This document shows, in pieces, positions 16,116 to 23,699 of a DNA stretch of 26,724 nucleotides. The position numbers and the translations under genes are program-made. The notes under the pieces were generated by a model. That model did not search any database and was not told where the DNA came from. It was given only the letters and a program-made list of their open reading frames with translations. Source of the DNA: a virus (lineage: Duplodnaviria > Caudoviricetes); the IMG/VR virus record IMGVR_UViG_3300046779_000818, positions 1-26,724 of that record; one strand, 5' to 3'. Position 1 is the stretch's first letter. Each line of letters begins with the position of its first letter.

Positions 16116-16885
16116 GCTTCCACCTTTTCTGTAGATTCCAATAATACCATGTGGGTCTGACATTCTTTCATAGCCTCTTCATCTCTCCATGAGCCCTCAT
16201 TACAAGATGAACAGAATTGACCACAATCATTATCGCAATAATCTAATGTATCATATGAATCACATGCATAACAACGTGTCTCATATTCCATGATTTCTTT
16301 TACTTCACCACGGACAATCTCTAGTTCTCCACCCCAACCCTGCTCTTCTTCGTATTCTAATGTAAGAAGAGAGTTAGGAACAAGATGAGACAACTTCTGC
16401 AAAACGGTGACGGCAGGAGACCAAGCAGTCTCATACTTATATACAAGCCAGTTGTCATAACCCTCTGACTTATATTCAATTAGTTCTGTGTTTGGATATT
16501 CATCCTCATCACGAACAGCGACATCCCATTTGGTTCCCCAGTTGGAATTGTTCCAAGAATACCAATCCTTTTGGGTCTTAGCAAACTCAACAGATTTGCG
16601 GAACCAATCAGGGTCTTTCATGTCGATATTGCCACGGTCAGGCTGGCATGCATATTCCTCATCTGTAATGCCGTCATCCTTATATGAGTGGATATTAAAG
16701 AAAGCAAAGACAGGATTAGAATACTCAACCTGCTTAATTTTGGTGGGGAAACCTGAAGATGAGATATCACCCATACCATATGTCTCTTGTGCTAAAGTAA
16801 ATGGACGATTCAGTCTTTCTTTGATAGAATCAATTTCCTCTTTTGGACCTTGAATTGTCAAGGTGTTATATACCCAATTTGGCAT
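16112..16885 (-). CDS. YubB/DUF1281 (Api92-like) ferredoxin-like domain protein with C-terminal Cys cluster
   Basis: MPNWVYN.L.I.G, WYSWN..NWGTKWD, YETAWSP, L.YEEE motifs; CxxC...CxxxC...CxxC tail. Confidence 0.75.
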   Translation of the reverse strand: MPNWVYNTLTIQGPKEEIDSIKERLNRPFTLAQETYGMGDISSSGFPTKIKQVEYSNPVFAFFNIHSYKDDGITDEEYACQPDRGNIDMKDPDWFRKSVEFAKTQKDWYSWNNSNWGTKWDVAVRDEDEYPNTELIEYKSEGYDNWLVYKYETAWSPAVTVLQKLSHLVPNSLLTLEYEEEQGWGGELEIVRGEVKEIMEYETRCYACDSYDTLDYCDNDCGQFCSSCNEGSWRDEEAMKECQTHMVLLESTEKVEA

Positions 16886-16912
16886 TGTATATCCTTTCGT
16901 TGATATGGCTTA

Positions 16913-16934
16913 ATTATACATTCCACCACTGACA
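16913..16934 (-). promoter_or_regulatory. PafBC/RecA-NDp-type promoter
   Basis: TGTCAG-TGGTGGAATG-TATAAT. Confidence 0.75.
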
Positions 16935-17063
16935 ATTGTCTATAGAATATCCCTGTGATGCCCACCACATTTGATCGAGCTCGATCTCAAATTGTGGAAT
17001 TTTAGGGAAAATACTTGACACTCGTAAATAGCATATGCTACCCTCACCATCTGAGGGCAAAGC

Positions 17064-17210
17064 AAAAACCCCAGGAAAGCTACTGGGGGTTTTAAAAGTA
17101 GGGCTGCTAGTCAAACGAAAGGAATTAAGTAAACCTGCTTTACTTAGCGACTTGGTGATTATACCTAATTAGCCGCACCCTACTACTCAATGAACAGGTC
17201 ACACGGACCT
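17064..17210 (-). ncRNA. candidate structured small RNA with anti-RBS segment
   Basis: TATAAT 17217-17222; closing stem AGTAGGG/CCCTACT; hairpin TAAGTAAA/TTTACTTA; segment AUUCCUUUCGUUUG; terminator CCCCAG/CTGGGG+UUUUU; no convincing ORF. Confidence 0.55.
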
Positions 17211-17227
17211 ATTCATATTATAGCATA

Positions 17228-17635
17228 TTAGTTGACTAGCATTTCATCAAGCGCATACTTCTCACAGAATGTCGAAAGGTCCATTGTGAATAGCGCCTCA
17301 TTCTTCATTCCACGGACCTTGTTCTCCGTATTACGGAAATCATCCTCTTCATGAAGACTGAATGTCTGTTGCTCCCAGTCAACGATAGCAATCTTGTGCT
17401 CGTTGTCTGAAATCTCATTTACATGTAGACCGAATCCAGTCTCCATGTTCCAGTCATTACCAATGATATTGCTAATTGCTATACGTGTTGCATATGCTGG
17501 GTCATTCCAACGTGGACGAGCAGCGATGACGGCGTCCGCTAGTTTGCCTAACATCTGATGTCCTGCCCAGTGTCCATATAGTACGATTGTATTTCCATTC
17601 GGCTGTACAAATCCGAAATTTGCTCTATCTCCCAC
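17228..17635 (-). CDS. hypothetical phage protein
   Basis: GTG start, GAGGT RBS; MGDRANFGF...LYGHWAG. Confidence 0.8.
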   Translation of the reverse strand: MGDRANFGFVQPNGNTIVLYGHWAGHQMLGKLADAVIAARPRWNDPAYATRIAISNIIGNDWNMETGFGLHVNEISDNEHKIAIVDWEQQTFSLHEEDDFRNTENKVRGMKNEALFTMDLSTFCEKYALDEMLVN

Positions 17636-17637
17636 CG

Positions 17638-17847
17638 TTATACCTCTTCCTTTTCTATTACGGGTGTTTCTTCTGTCTTATTCAATTGTATAATTTCAAA
17701 GGCCTTTTTGTCAAGGGCCTCTTTATTCTTATTATAATGATGCCCGCAGAATGCAAGCTCACCCTCTATAAGTTTAACTAAATATAAAGCTTGGGCGGAA
17801 CCACATTGGTCACAGCCAATCCACTTATTTAGATCCTCAGAGGTCAT
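17638..17847 (-). CDS. small zinc-binding protein (CDxC...FCGHH)
   Basis: CDQCGSAQA...LAFCGHH, a pattern seen in small actinobacterial proteins. Confidence 0.7.
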   Translation of the reverse strand: MTSEDLNKWIGCDQCGSAQALYLVKLIEGELAFCGHHYNKNKEALDKKAFEIIQLNKTEETPVIEKEEV

Positions 17848-17992
17848 AATCTACAGTCCCAAATTCGATTTGGTCGGCAATGTCATCATAAACTTGTCCG
17901 TCATCAGATGATTCAGCCCATAATCTAATATTGGCAATAATAACCTCACGGGCAAACTTGACACCGTCTTCAAAACCGTCTTGGTAATCCAT
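17837..17992 (-). CDS. hypothetical protein
   Basis: AGGAG RBS before MDYQDGFEDG. Confidence 0.7.
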   Translation of the reverse strand: MDYQDGFEDGVKFAREVIIANIRLWAESSDDGQVYDDIADQIEFGTVDYDL

Positions 17993-17993
17993 T

Positions 17994-18206
17994 TTATCTC
18001 CTAGTATATCCTGTTGGTTCGTATTCAGATACATAAGTTTCTGTTAGATTATATGTATCTCGTATTGAACTTACTTTCTCAATACTACCAGTTCCGATAT
18101 TGAATGTCAATGGTGCAATTAATTGTGGGTCTAACCCAACAATCTCCGCTGACCAGTAGGCCCTTTGCAGGGCCAACTGGTTTGGAGCAGTTAATTCAAA
18201 ATACAT
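17994..18206 (-). CDS. hypothetical protein
   Basis: TAATG overlap; MYFELTAP... Confidence 0.7.
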   Translation of the reverse strand: MYFELTAPNQLALQRAYWSAEIVGLDPQLIAPLTFNIGTGSIEKVSSIRDTYNLTETYVSEYEPTGYTRR

Positions 18207-18853
18207 TAGTAACTCACGTCCGAATCTTCTACTGTCCAAGATTCGACAACAACGTCTCCATTGTATGCATCAAGAGTTAAAGTATCCTGTAGGAAGTAAT
18301 GTGCATCAAAATCTTCTACCTCTTCTAGAGGAATGTCGTAGTCGATTTCAAATGAAATAGTTCCAGTAATGCGAACTGTTTGCTTTGGCTCGTGACCAAG
18401 AATTTCGCATAGGTCATTGAGAACTTCTAACTTCTCGTAGTTTGGATTATACCAACCGTCGGCAGAAAGATTATCAAGAATCTTGCTAATCTGTCCATTG
18501 CTAATCGCTAACTGGTCTTGTAGTCGGCGGTATGAATCAAGATGAATCTCTAATTCATTTACCTTCATTGTAGGGTAAGTTACCTCACCATTATTAATTG
18601 ACTTATATGTTACCAAGGTATTAGCATCATATGAGTATGGAGCCGTGCTTGTTGTTTCCATTTCATTCCTTTCGTTTGTTGGTGTAATTGTAGCATCATG
18701 TACTGACAAAAGAATTGGGACACGCCCACATGGACATGTGATGTTATTCACACTTCCAGACGGGAATCCAAATCCATCTCTGGATGTAAATTCGATCAAT
18801 GAGTCACATTCATTTGGGTCACATGCGTACGTATATTTAGTCCAGGTTGTCAT
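18206..18853 (-). CDS. hypothetical protein; long leaderless form (start 18853) and short internal form (start 18661)
   Basis: ATG 7 nt after TATAAT (18861); internal promoter and ACGAAAGGA RBS precede the in-frame ATG at 18661. Confidence 0.7.
   Translation of the reverse strand: MTTWTKYTYACDPNECDSLIEFTSRDGFGFPSGSVNNITCPCGRVPILLSVHDATITPTNERNEMETTSTAPYSYDANTLVTYKSINNGEVTYPTMKVNELEIHLDSYRRLQDQLAISNGQISKILDNLSADGWYNPNYEKLEVLNDLCEILGHEPKQTVRITGTISFEIDYDIPLEEVEDFDAHYFLQDTLTLDAYNGDVVVESWTVEDSDVSY
18687..18708 (-). promoter_or_regulatory. PafBC-type promoter, intragenic
   Basis: TGTCAG-TACATGATGC-TACAAT. Confidence 0.7.
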
Positions 18854-18860
18854 GCTGAGA

Positions 18861-18882
18861 ATTATACAGGCCCACACTGACA
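18861..18882 (-). promoter_or_regulatory. PafBC-type promoter
   Basis: TGTCAG-TGTGGGCCTG-TATAAT. Confidence 0.75.
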
Positions 18883-18979
18883 TTTACAAGGATTTCCAGG
18901 GAATTTCTTTGTGATACGTAACACAAAAAATTGGCCTTTAGATCTGCGGGCGTCTCACATATTGATATTGAAATCTCAG

Positions 18980-19053
18980 CGATTCGTACGGGACTTGAAC
19001 CCGTGATCTCTACCGTGACAGGGTAGCGCTTTATCCAACTAAGCTAACGAACC
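18980..19053 (-). tRNA. tRNA-Asp (GTC), CCA not encoded
   Basis: Acceptor GGTTCGT/ACGAATC, D arm, anticodon stem CTACC/GGTAG with loop CT-GTC-AC, T loop GGTTCAAGTCC. Confidence 0.95.
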
Positions 19054-19058
19054 GTGTG

Positions 19059-19086
19059 GAGCAGTTTTAAATCATGCTCAGGATTT
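19059..19086 (-). ncRNA. compact H-type pseudoknot, copy 1
   Basis: AAATC-CT-GAGCA-T-GATTT-AAAAC-TGCTC. Confidence 0.55.
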
Positions 19087-19094
19087 TGCGTTAA

Positions 19095-20102
19095 TTAAAA
19101 CGCTTTTACTACTTGCAGAATTTTATTTTTTTCTGCGGTAATAATTGGGTCGAATCCTGAAGCAGAAGCCCACTTAGATTCGTTATTATTTTTCCGAGTT
19201 GGTCGGAAATAATCTAGGCGTTCAGTTAGAGCGTTGAATGCGCCCCACTTTGTGCCTTTGATATTAGCGTTAGTTGGTGAGTTATGATAAAGGTCATCAA
19301 GCAAAACGACTTTATTTTCCCACTTAGTCAAAGCCAACTTAGACTTATCTTCAGGCTTAGGATAAATTGTTTTGATAAGGTCAGAGAATTCCTTATCAGT
19401 AATTTCCTGCTTGAAGAGTTCCTGCGCTTCTTTTTCGAATGCGTCAAAGTATCCAAGAGTAAGCCCAAGAGTTTCACGAGCAATTTGAATCTTGCCGTCT
19501 GCGGTCTGCGTGTGGCGAATCTTGAAAGATTGCTTAGCAGACTTCATCGCAAGATTTAGAGTGTTTTGGCATACAACACGAACAGGAGTAATTGCAGCCT
19601 GAACAGCAACAGAACCATCATGAGATGTCCAAACAATAAGATACAATTTTGTCTTATCGTTAGCACCTTGTGGGTCTAGCACCATTTCACGAGGAACAGT
19701 AAGAGAGCCGAATACGACTTTACCATTCTTTAGAGAACCAGCAGATTCCCAAGCACAGCGAGAATCTCCGTCTAAGATATTGTCTGCGAATGAGAATAGT
19801 TCTTCATTCTGCACGACTTTATAGCGAGAACCAACAACAGAGAGAACATCAGTTCCGCTATTGAATGGATTTGTGCGGGTTACATATTGAGCACCGCTAG
19901 TATCATTCCAAGATTCTGGAATATAATCAGCAACAGGAGAAAGCGAAACATTCCAATTAGAAAGTTTTGCTTCATCAAGCATTAGTTGAGTAGAAACCGC
20001 TTCATCTTGTGAGAAGATTCGGTTAGCGAGATTGTGCCATGCAGGAGTTCCACGCAAAGCGAAAGCGACTTCGTCGCCATTTGTTTCAAGGTTATGAGCC
20101 AT
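19095..20102 (-). CDS. DUF932 / TIGR03299 phage-plasmid protein
   Basis: MAHNLE...AWH.L, Y.VVQN.E.F, ESAGSL..G..VF, SHDGS..V....TPVRVVCQNTLN.A, RHT, T.WGAFNALTE. Confidence 0.9.
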   Translation of the reverse strand: MAHNLETNGDEVAFALRGTPAWHNLANRIFSQDEAVSTQLMLDEAKLSNWNVSLSPVADYIPESWNDTSGAQYVTRTNPFNSGTDVLSVVGSRYKVVQNEELFSFADNILDGDSRCAWESAGSLKNGKVVFGSLTVPREMVLDPQGANDKTKLYLIVWTSHDGSVAVQAAITPVRVVCQNTLNLAMKSAKQSFKIRHTQTADGKIQIARETLGLTLGYFDAFEKEAQELFKQEITDKEFSDLIKTIYPKPEDKSKLALTKWENKVVLLDDLYHNSPTNANIKGTKWGAFNALTERLDYFRPTRKNNNESKWASASGFDPIITAEKNKILQVVKAF

Positions 20103-20134
20103 GAATTTTTCCTTTCAGTTAGGTTGATTTAGCA

Positions 20135-20156
20135 ATTATAGCAGGGGGGTCTGACA
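20135..20156 (-). promoter_or_regulatory. PafBC-type promoter
   Basis: TGTCAG-ACCCCCCTGC-TATAAT. Confidence 0.75.
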
Positions 20157-20223
20157 TTATCAATAGTTAGATGTAATATGTCCGAATTGTCTCAGGTGAT
20201 CAATCTCACAAAATTTTACGGCG

Positions 20224-20254
20224 TTTTCCACAGCTTTCGTAAGGCTGTGGATAA
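20224..20254. promoter_or_regulatory. inverted pair of DnaA boxes
   Basis: TTTTCCACA (20224) and TGTGGATAA (20246, perfect TTATCCACA on minus). Confidence 0.55.
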
Positions 20255-20285
20255 CCCCCCACGTCTGCGGGCCTAGCTTGGGAAA

Positions 20286-20321
20286 TGGGGCGGGATTGAA
20301 ATGCATTAAGATCCCGCCCCA
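20286..20321 (-). terminator. terminator-like hairpin
   Basis: TGGGGCGGGAT / ATCCCGCCCCA just after the stop at 20328. Confidence 0.65.
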
Positions 20322-20327
20322 AGATTA

Positions 20328-20570
20328 TTAGCCAAGCAATTTAGTTAGTTCTGTTTTCTTTGGGATAACTTCCATCGGTAAATAAACTGCTGTTGTTTTC
20401 TTTTTCTTTAGTTGGTCATAAACATAAGCACGAACATTACCAGAGAAGCGGCGGAGATTGGAAAAAACTAATTCCGTTAAGTATTCTTTATCAACACCTT
20501 GCTCTGAATAAATAGTAAGGTCGTTGTCCTTGTTCTCATCATAGATTTCTACACGAAAACGATTTTTCAT
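20328..20570 (-). CDS. hypothetical protein
   Basis: AAAGGA RBS; TATAAT at 20598-20603. Confidence 0.8.
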   Translation of the reverse strand: MKNRFRVEIYDENKDNDLTIYSEQGVDKEYLTELVFSNLRRFSGNVRAYVYDQLKKKKTTAVYLPMEVIPKKTELTKLLG

Positions 20571-20607
20571 TTTGTTCCTTTGTTAGTAGGGATTAGAATT
20601 ATAGCAT

Positions 20608-20633
20608 GGGGGCTAGATTTTTGTCTAGCCCCC
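20608..20633 (-). terminator. hairpin overlapping the next promoter
   Basis: GGGGGCTAGA / TCTAGCCCCC. Confidence 0.6.
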
Positions 20634-20643
20634 TACTATTTAT

Positions 20644-21063
20644 TTATAGATAACGAGCAACTGCGTTATAAGTTGAAGTATTTACAACTTCCTCGTCGGT
20701 CATCTTGAGAATACGAATTGCGTTCTCAATTTCCTCTTTCTGCTCACGATACTGCCACTCATGGAAAGTAATGTAATCCTTAGTTGGTTCAGCAGGAATT
20801 ACAAAAGTTCCAGCAGGTAGAGAGAAAGATACATTTATCTCACCATTGTAGCGAGTATGAGCAGACAAGTTTTCTGCCTTAGAGATTTTATCAAGGGCAA
20901 GTTTCGCAACTTCCTTGTTCCACTTCTCTACTGCCTTCTTGTGCTTAGCCTCGTTTGCTTCTTGCGAAACATAGTCTTTATTTAGTTTTTCAAGCGCACC
21001 TTCTAGTGCCTTGATTACCTTAGTTGTAGCGATTTTTACGCTAATTGCTTTTCCTCTTGCCAT
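20644..21063 (-). CDS. hypothetical protein
   Basis: ACGAAAGGG RBS; ORF track. Confidence 0.85.
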   Translation of the reverse strand: MARGKAISVKIATTKVIKALEGALEKLNKDYVSQEANEAKHKKAVEKWNKEVAKLALDKISKAENLSAHTRYNGEINVSFSLPAGTFVIPAEPTKDYITFHEWQYREQKEEIENAIRILKMTDEEVVNTSTYNAVARYL

Positions 21064-21102
21064 CTGTTTATTTCCCTTTCGTTAGTTGTTTGTTTAGCCA
21101 AT

Positions 21103-21124
21103 AGTATAGCGGATACCACCGACA
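21103..21124 (-). promoter_or_regulatory. PafBC-type promoter
   Basis: TGTCGG-TGGTATCCGC-TATACT. Confidence 0.75.
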
Positions 21125-21133
21125 AAAATTGCG

Positions 21134-21160
21134 GAGTAGTTTATAGACATACTCAGGTCT
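21134..21160 (-). ncRNA. compact H-type pseudoknot, copy 2
   Basis: AGAC-CT-GAGTA-T-GTCT-ATAAAC-TACTC. Confidence 0.55.
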
Positions 21161-21169
21161 TATCTTTAT

Positions 21170-21322
21170 TTAGTTAGATACGCTAGTCCAGCGTTCTGTC
21201 CCATTTACATCAAGCAAGACACGATTTACACCGCTTGGGTGATTATCTACTGCTTTGATTACTCCGACAACACCGCTCTTTGCGGTTGTAATTGTCTGTC
21301 CGATTTCTAGGGTTGTGCTCAT
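21170..21322 (-). CDS. small beta-rich (SH3/KOW-like) protein, 50 aa
   Basis: MSTTLEIGQTITTAKSGVVGVIKAVDNHPSGVNRVLLDVNGTERWTSVSN*; ACGAAAGGA RBS. Confidence 0.75.
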   Translation of the reverse strand: MSTTLEIGQTITTAKSGVVGVIKAVDNHPSGVNRVLLDVNGTERWTSVSN

Positions 21323-21352
21323 TTTGTTTCCTTTCGTTAGTTTGAGAGTTGA

Positions 21353-21374
21353 ATTATAGCAGAGCCCACCGACA
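21353..21374 (-). promoter_or_regulatory. PafBC-type promoter
   Basis: TGTCGG-TGGGCTCTGC-TATAAT; CRP-type palindrome at 21393-21408. Confidence 0.75.
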
Positions 21375-21399
21375 TTTAGTAGGCTCTGCCTGTGTGAGT

Positions 21400-21675
21400 T
21401 TAGTCACAATTCGGTAGCCATGCGTCTAAGTGGTGTTGTTCCACGATAGCATGGGCGGGCGCATACTTATCTCCACGATAAAATACACCTTCAGGCATTT
21501 CGATCAGTTTGTTGTAGTCCTCGTCCCAATAAGCGTCAATAGCCTCGATACAAGGCTCAACCATTGAGAGCGGGACGGGTGGGTAATGATTACCCTGTAA
21601 GTGATAACCAATAGCAGTTTCTAGGTCTAAGCCTAGCTCATCTGACGCAAGGTCATAAGCGAGATTACTCCCCAT
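21400..21675 (-). CDS. hypothetical protein
   Basis: GAGGT RBS; HLQGNHYPPVP...HHLDAW. Confidence 0.8.
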   Translation of the reverse strand: MGSNLAYDLASDELGLDLETAIGYHLQGNHYPPVPLSMVEPCIEAIDAYWDEDYNKLIEMPEGVFYRGDKYAPAHAIVEQHHLDAWLPNCD

Positions 21676-21940
21676 TGTTCAATACCTCATCTCTCATTGT
21701 TTCGATTTCGGTGATACTTTCAATTAGTTCTCTGAATTGTGTTTCAGTTAGTAATACTTTAGTAACTTTATCAGTTACGGCAGAAGCAATTTCGGTAGCA
21801 TACATGAACATGGCTTTAGCCATTTCATCTTGCGAAAAATCGTTTCGGTTATGAACAATATAAGAAGCCATTAGCATCTGGCTTTCACCAATTATGCCTT
21901 CCTCAGTTGCGTTTAGTAGAGCAGAAGCGGTAGATAACAT
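21665..21940 (-). CDS. hypothetical protein
   Basis: ACGAAAGGA RBS. Confidence 0.8.
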   Translation of the reverse strand: MLSTASALLNATEEGIIGESQMLMASYIVHNRNDFSQDEMAKAMFMYATEIASAVTDKVTKVLLTETQFRELIESITEIETMRDEVLNNGE

Positions 21941-21968
21941 TTATTTCCTTTCGTTGTGCGGTGGGTAG

Positions 21969-21990
21969 ATTATACACCTACCCACCGACA
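21969..21990 (-). promoter_or_regulatory. PafBC-type promoter inside a 10-bp inverted repeat
   Basis: TGTCGG-TGGGTAGGTG-TATAAT. Confidence 0.75.
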
Positions 21991-21993
21991 TTT

Positions 21994-22245
21994 TTACGCT
22001 AGGGCTAAGTAAGCCTGACCGTAGCCCTCATTTACACGGTCAAGTTCGTCTTGAATTTCAGACCTAGACATGAGAGATACTTTTCCGATTAACTCACGGA
22101 TAGCGCCCTCGTTCATTAGAGTAAATACGGAAGCAGGCATACGAGATACTTGCTGATACATAGAGCCATTAGGGTCTAATAAAGATACGAATTCCACACC
22201 ATCAACGGTGAATGGATACGATTTCCAGTTTGCGAATTGAGACAT
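21994..22245 (-). CDS. hypothetical protein
   Basis: ACGAAAGGT RBS. Confidence 0.8.
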   Translation of the reverse strand: MSQFANWKSYPFTVDGVEFVSLLDPNGSMYQQVSRMPASVFTLMNEGAIRELIGKVSLMSRSEIQDELDRVNEGYGQAYLALA

Positions 22246-22273
22246 TTTTTACCTTTCGTTTGTCGATAGCGCA

Positions 22274-22295
22274 ATTATAGCGTAACCCACCGACA
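22274..22295 (-). promoter_or_regulatory. PafBC-type promoter
   Basis: TGTCGG-TGGGTTACGC-TATAAT; perfect CRP-type site at 22333-22348. Confidence 0.75.
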
Positions 22296-22411
22296 TTTAC
22301 TAATCGAGCTTCGGCGTGTCGTAAATTTATTTTGTGATAAATTTCACAAAATCCAGGGCGTGTCGTAACTTGACGTAACAGGAGTTTTGCCCCCACTCCT
22401 TTGCGGGCCCT

Positions 22412-22525
22412 TTACTCCTCCTGGTCCCAAATGTCAGGATCGACTTCTTTTAAATATTTTTTCGCAGCTTCTCGTTCCTCTTCTGATCCAAGGACCGTGG
22501 CCATTAATGCATTAAAGTATTTCAT
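22412..22525 (-). CDS. hypothetical protein, 37 aa
   Basis: AAAGGAG RBS before MKYFNALM. Confidence 0.65.
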   Translation of the reverse strand: MKYFNALMATVLGSEEEREAAKKYLKEVDPDIWDQEE

Positions 22526-22535
22526 TTCTTCTCCT

Positions 22536-23276
22536 TTATTTTTTAGTTGCGCTAAATCTAACATCTGCTTTTCCATATACACAAAGTCCGCATGATACGC
22601 AGGCGGAACCATTAGTTGAAATTAACGGAATTTGTTTATTATTCTCAGGACACTTAGCACCAGGCTTTCCGATTAAATCTTTCATGGTACTTTCGGTGAC
22701 TGCAAAAGTTTTTCCTAGATACGCTAATTTAATACCGTCGTTATTTTTGCGTAAGTCATGAGCAATTTCTTTATTCTCATCGTCGGTAGAGAAATAAAGA
22801 GATAAGTTAGGAATATCCTTAAGAATAAGCGCTGCAGACTTTACACGTGTATATACCCAGAATTGAATATCAGGCTGTTCCTCAATTACTAAGCGCCATG
22901 CTTGTGCATACTCATCGTTAAAGAAATCGCCATCCCAGTGAATGCGGAATAACATCTTAGCATTGCGCTTAACACAATCAGCCTTGAAATCTGCAATCAT
23001 TTCGGAAAGTAGAGAATACATCCCCATACGGTCTTCATTACGTAGTAGGTCCCAGTTATGCAGAAGAGTTGCTTTTACTCCCTTATAAACTTTTTCGAGC
23101 TTACCAGCGTAGCAAACACTTTCACAGATAGACGTTGCGCCAGGACATGAATAGTTTTTTCCTGCAGGTAGGCCGAAGGTGTTGGCAATTGTTGGAGTTT
23201 TTCCATTTGGGGAGACGGCATTAGCGACCTTTCTATCGTTAGAACGTTTTAATTTAGACGAGTTCAAAGTAGTCAT
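22536..23276 (-). CDS. GP88 family protein (radical-SAM-like Cys cluster)
   Basis: FGLPAG..SCPGAT..C...CYA, FRIHWDGDFF, FWVYTR, LSLYFS.D, C-terminal CP...ACVSCGLC. Confidence 0.8.
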   Translation of the reverse strand: MTTLNSSKLKRSNDRKVANAVSPNGKTPTIANTFGLPAGKNYSCPGATSICESVCYAGKLEKVYKGVKATLLHNWDLLRNEDRMGMYSLLSEMIADFKADCVKRNAKMLFRIHWDGDFFNDEYAQAWRLVIEEQPDIQFWVYTRVKSAALILKDIPNLSLYFSTDDENKEIAHDLRKNNDGIKLAYLGKTFAVTESTMKDLIGKPGAKCPENNKQIPLISTNGSACVSCGLCVYGKADVRFSATKK

Positions 23277-23403
23277 GAGTTCCTTCCAATTCGTCAAAAG
23301 TTTTTTCATGAGCCCATTCTTGATAGTGAATAACACATAGATTATTAGGCTTAATTGAATAGGCAGTTAGCCCGTGAGCATTTCCATAGCATACAGCGCA
23401 CAT
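23254..23403 (-). CDS. small zinc-binding protein, 49 aa
   Basis: MCAVCYG...LCVIHYQEW; ACGAAAGGG RBS. Confidence 0.7.
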   Translation of the reverse strand: MCAVCYGNAHGLTAYSIKPNNLCVIHYQEWAHEKTFDELEGTHDYFELV

Positions 23404-23428
23404 AAGTTTTCCCTTTCGTTATGCGGTA

Positions 23429-23450
23429 ATTATAGCGGATAGCACCGACA
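23429..23450 (-). promoter_or_regulatory. PafBC-type promoter
   Basis: TGTCGG-TGCTATCCGC-TATAAT; perfect CRP-type site at 23468-23483. Confidence 0.75.
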
Positions 23451-23556
23451 AAAACTAATCTATTTGTTGTGAGAGATCTCACAAAATTTCAGGGTGTGTT
23501 GGTACTTGACGTAACGATGATCATGCCCCCACAGCTTGTGCGGGCTAGTTGAATTT

Positions 23557-23682
23557 TCAACTACTTTTATTTTTGTGTTTTCGTTTTCGTGAATAAACTT
23601 TTTTACTAGGGATCGGAGTGGCCGCATTACTGCGGCGCAACTCCAAAACTTTTTTTATTCTTTCTTTATTTGGTAATTTCAT
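23557..23682 (-). CDS. small basic protein, ArfA/BrfA-like
   Basis: MKLPNKERIKKVLELRRSNAATPIPSKKVYSRKRKHKNKSS*; AAAGGA RBS. Confidence 0.55.
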   Translation of the reverse strand: MKLPNKERIKKVLELRRSNAATPIPSKKVYSRKRKHKNKSS

Positions 23683-23699
23683 TTTCTGTCCTTTTTATT

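Noticed and set aside
16914-17114. 66-aa minus ORF in the intergenic gap
   Set aside because: No RBS; it runs through a terminator, a CRP-type site and a promoter; better explained as non-coding.
18940-18980. tRNA 3' end as an attP/att site
   Set aside because: No duplicated tRNA 3' fragment and no integrase in the window.
22202-22396. 64-aa minus ORF
   Set aside because: Spans a regulatory module (GACAC, CRP-type site, promoter) and overlaps the real gene out of frame.
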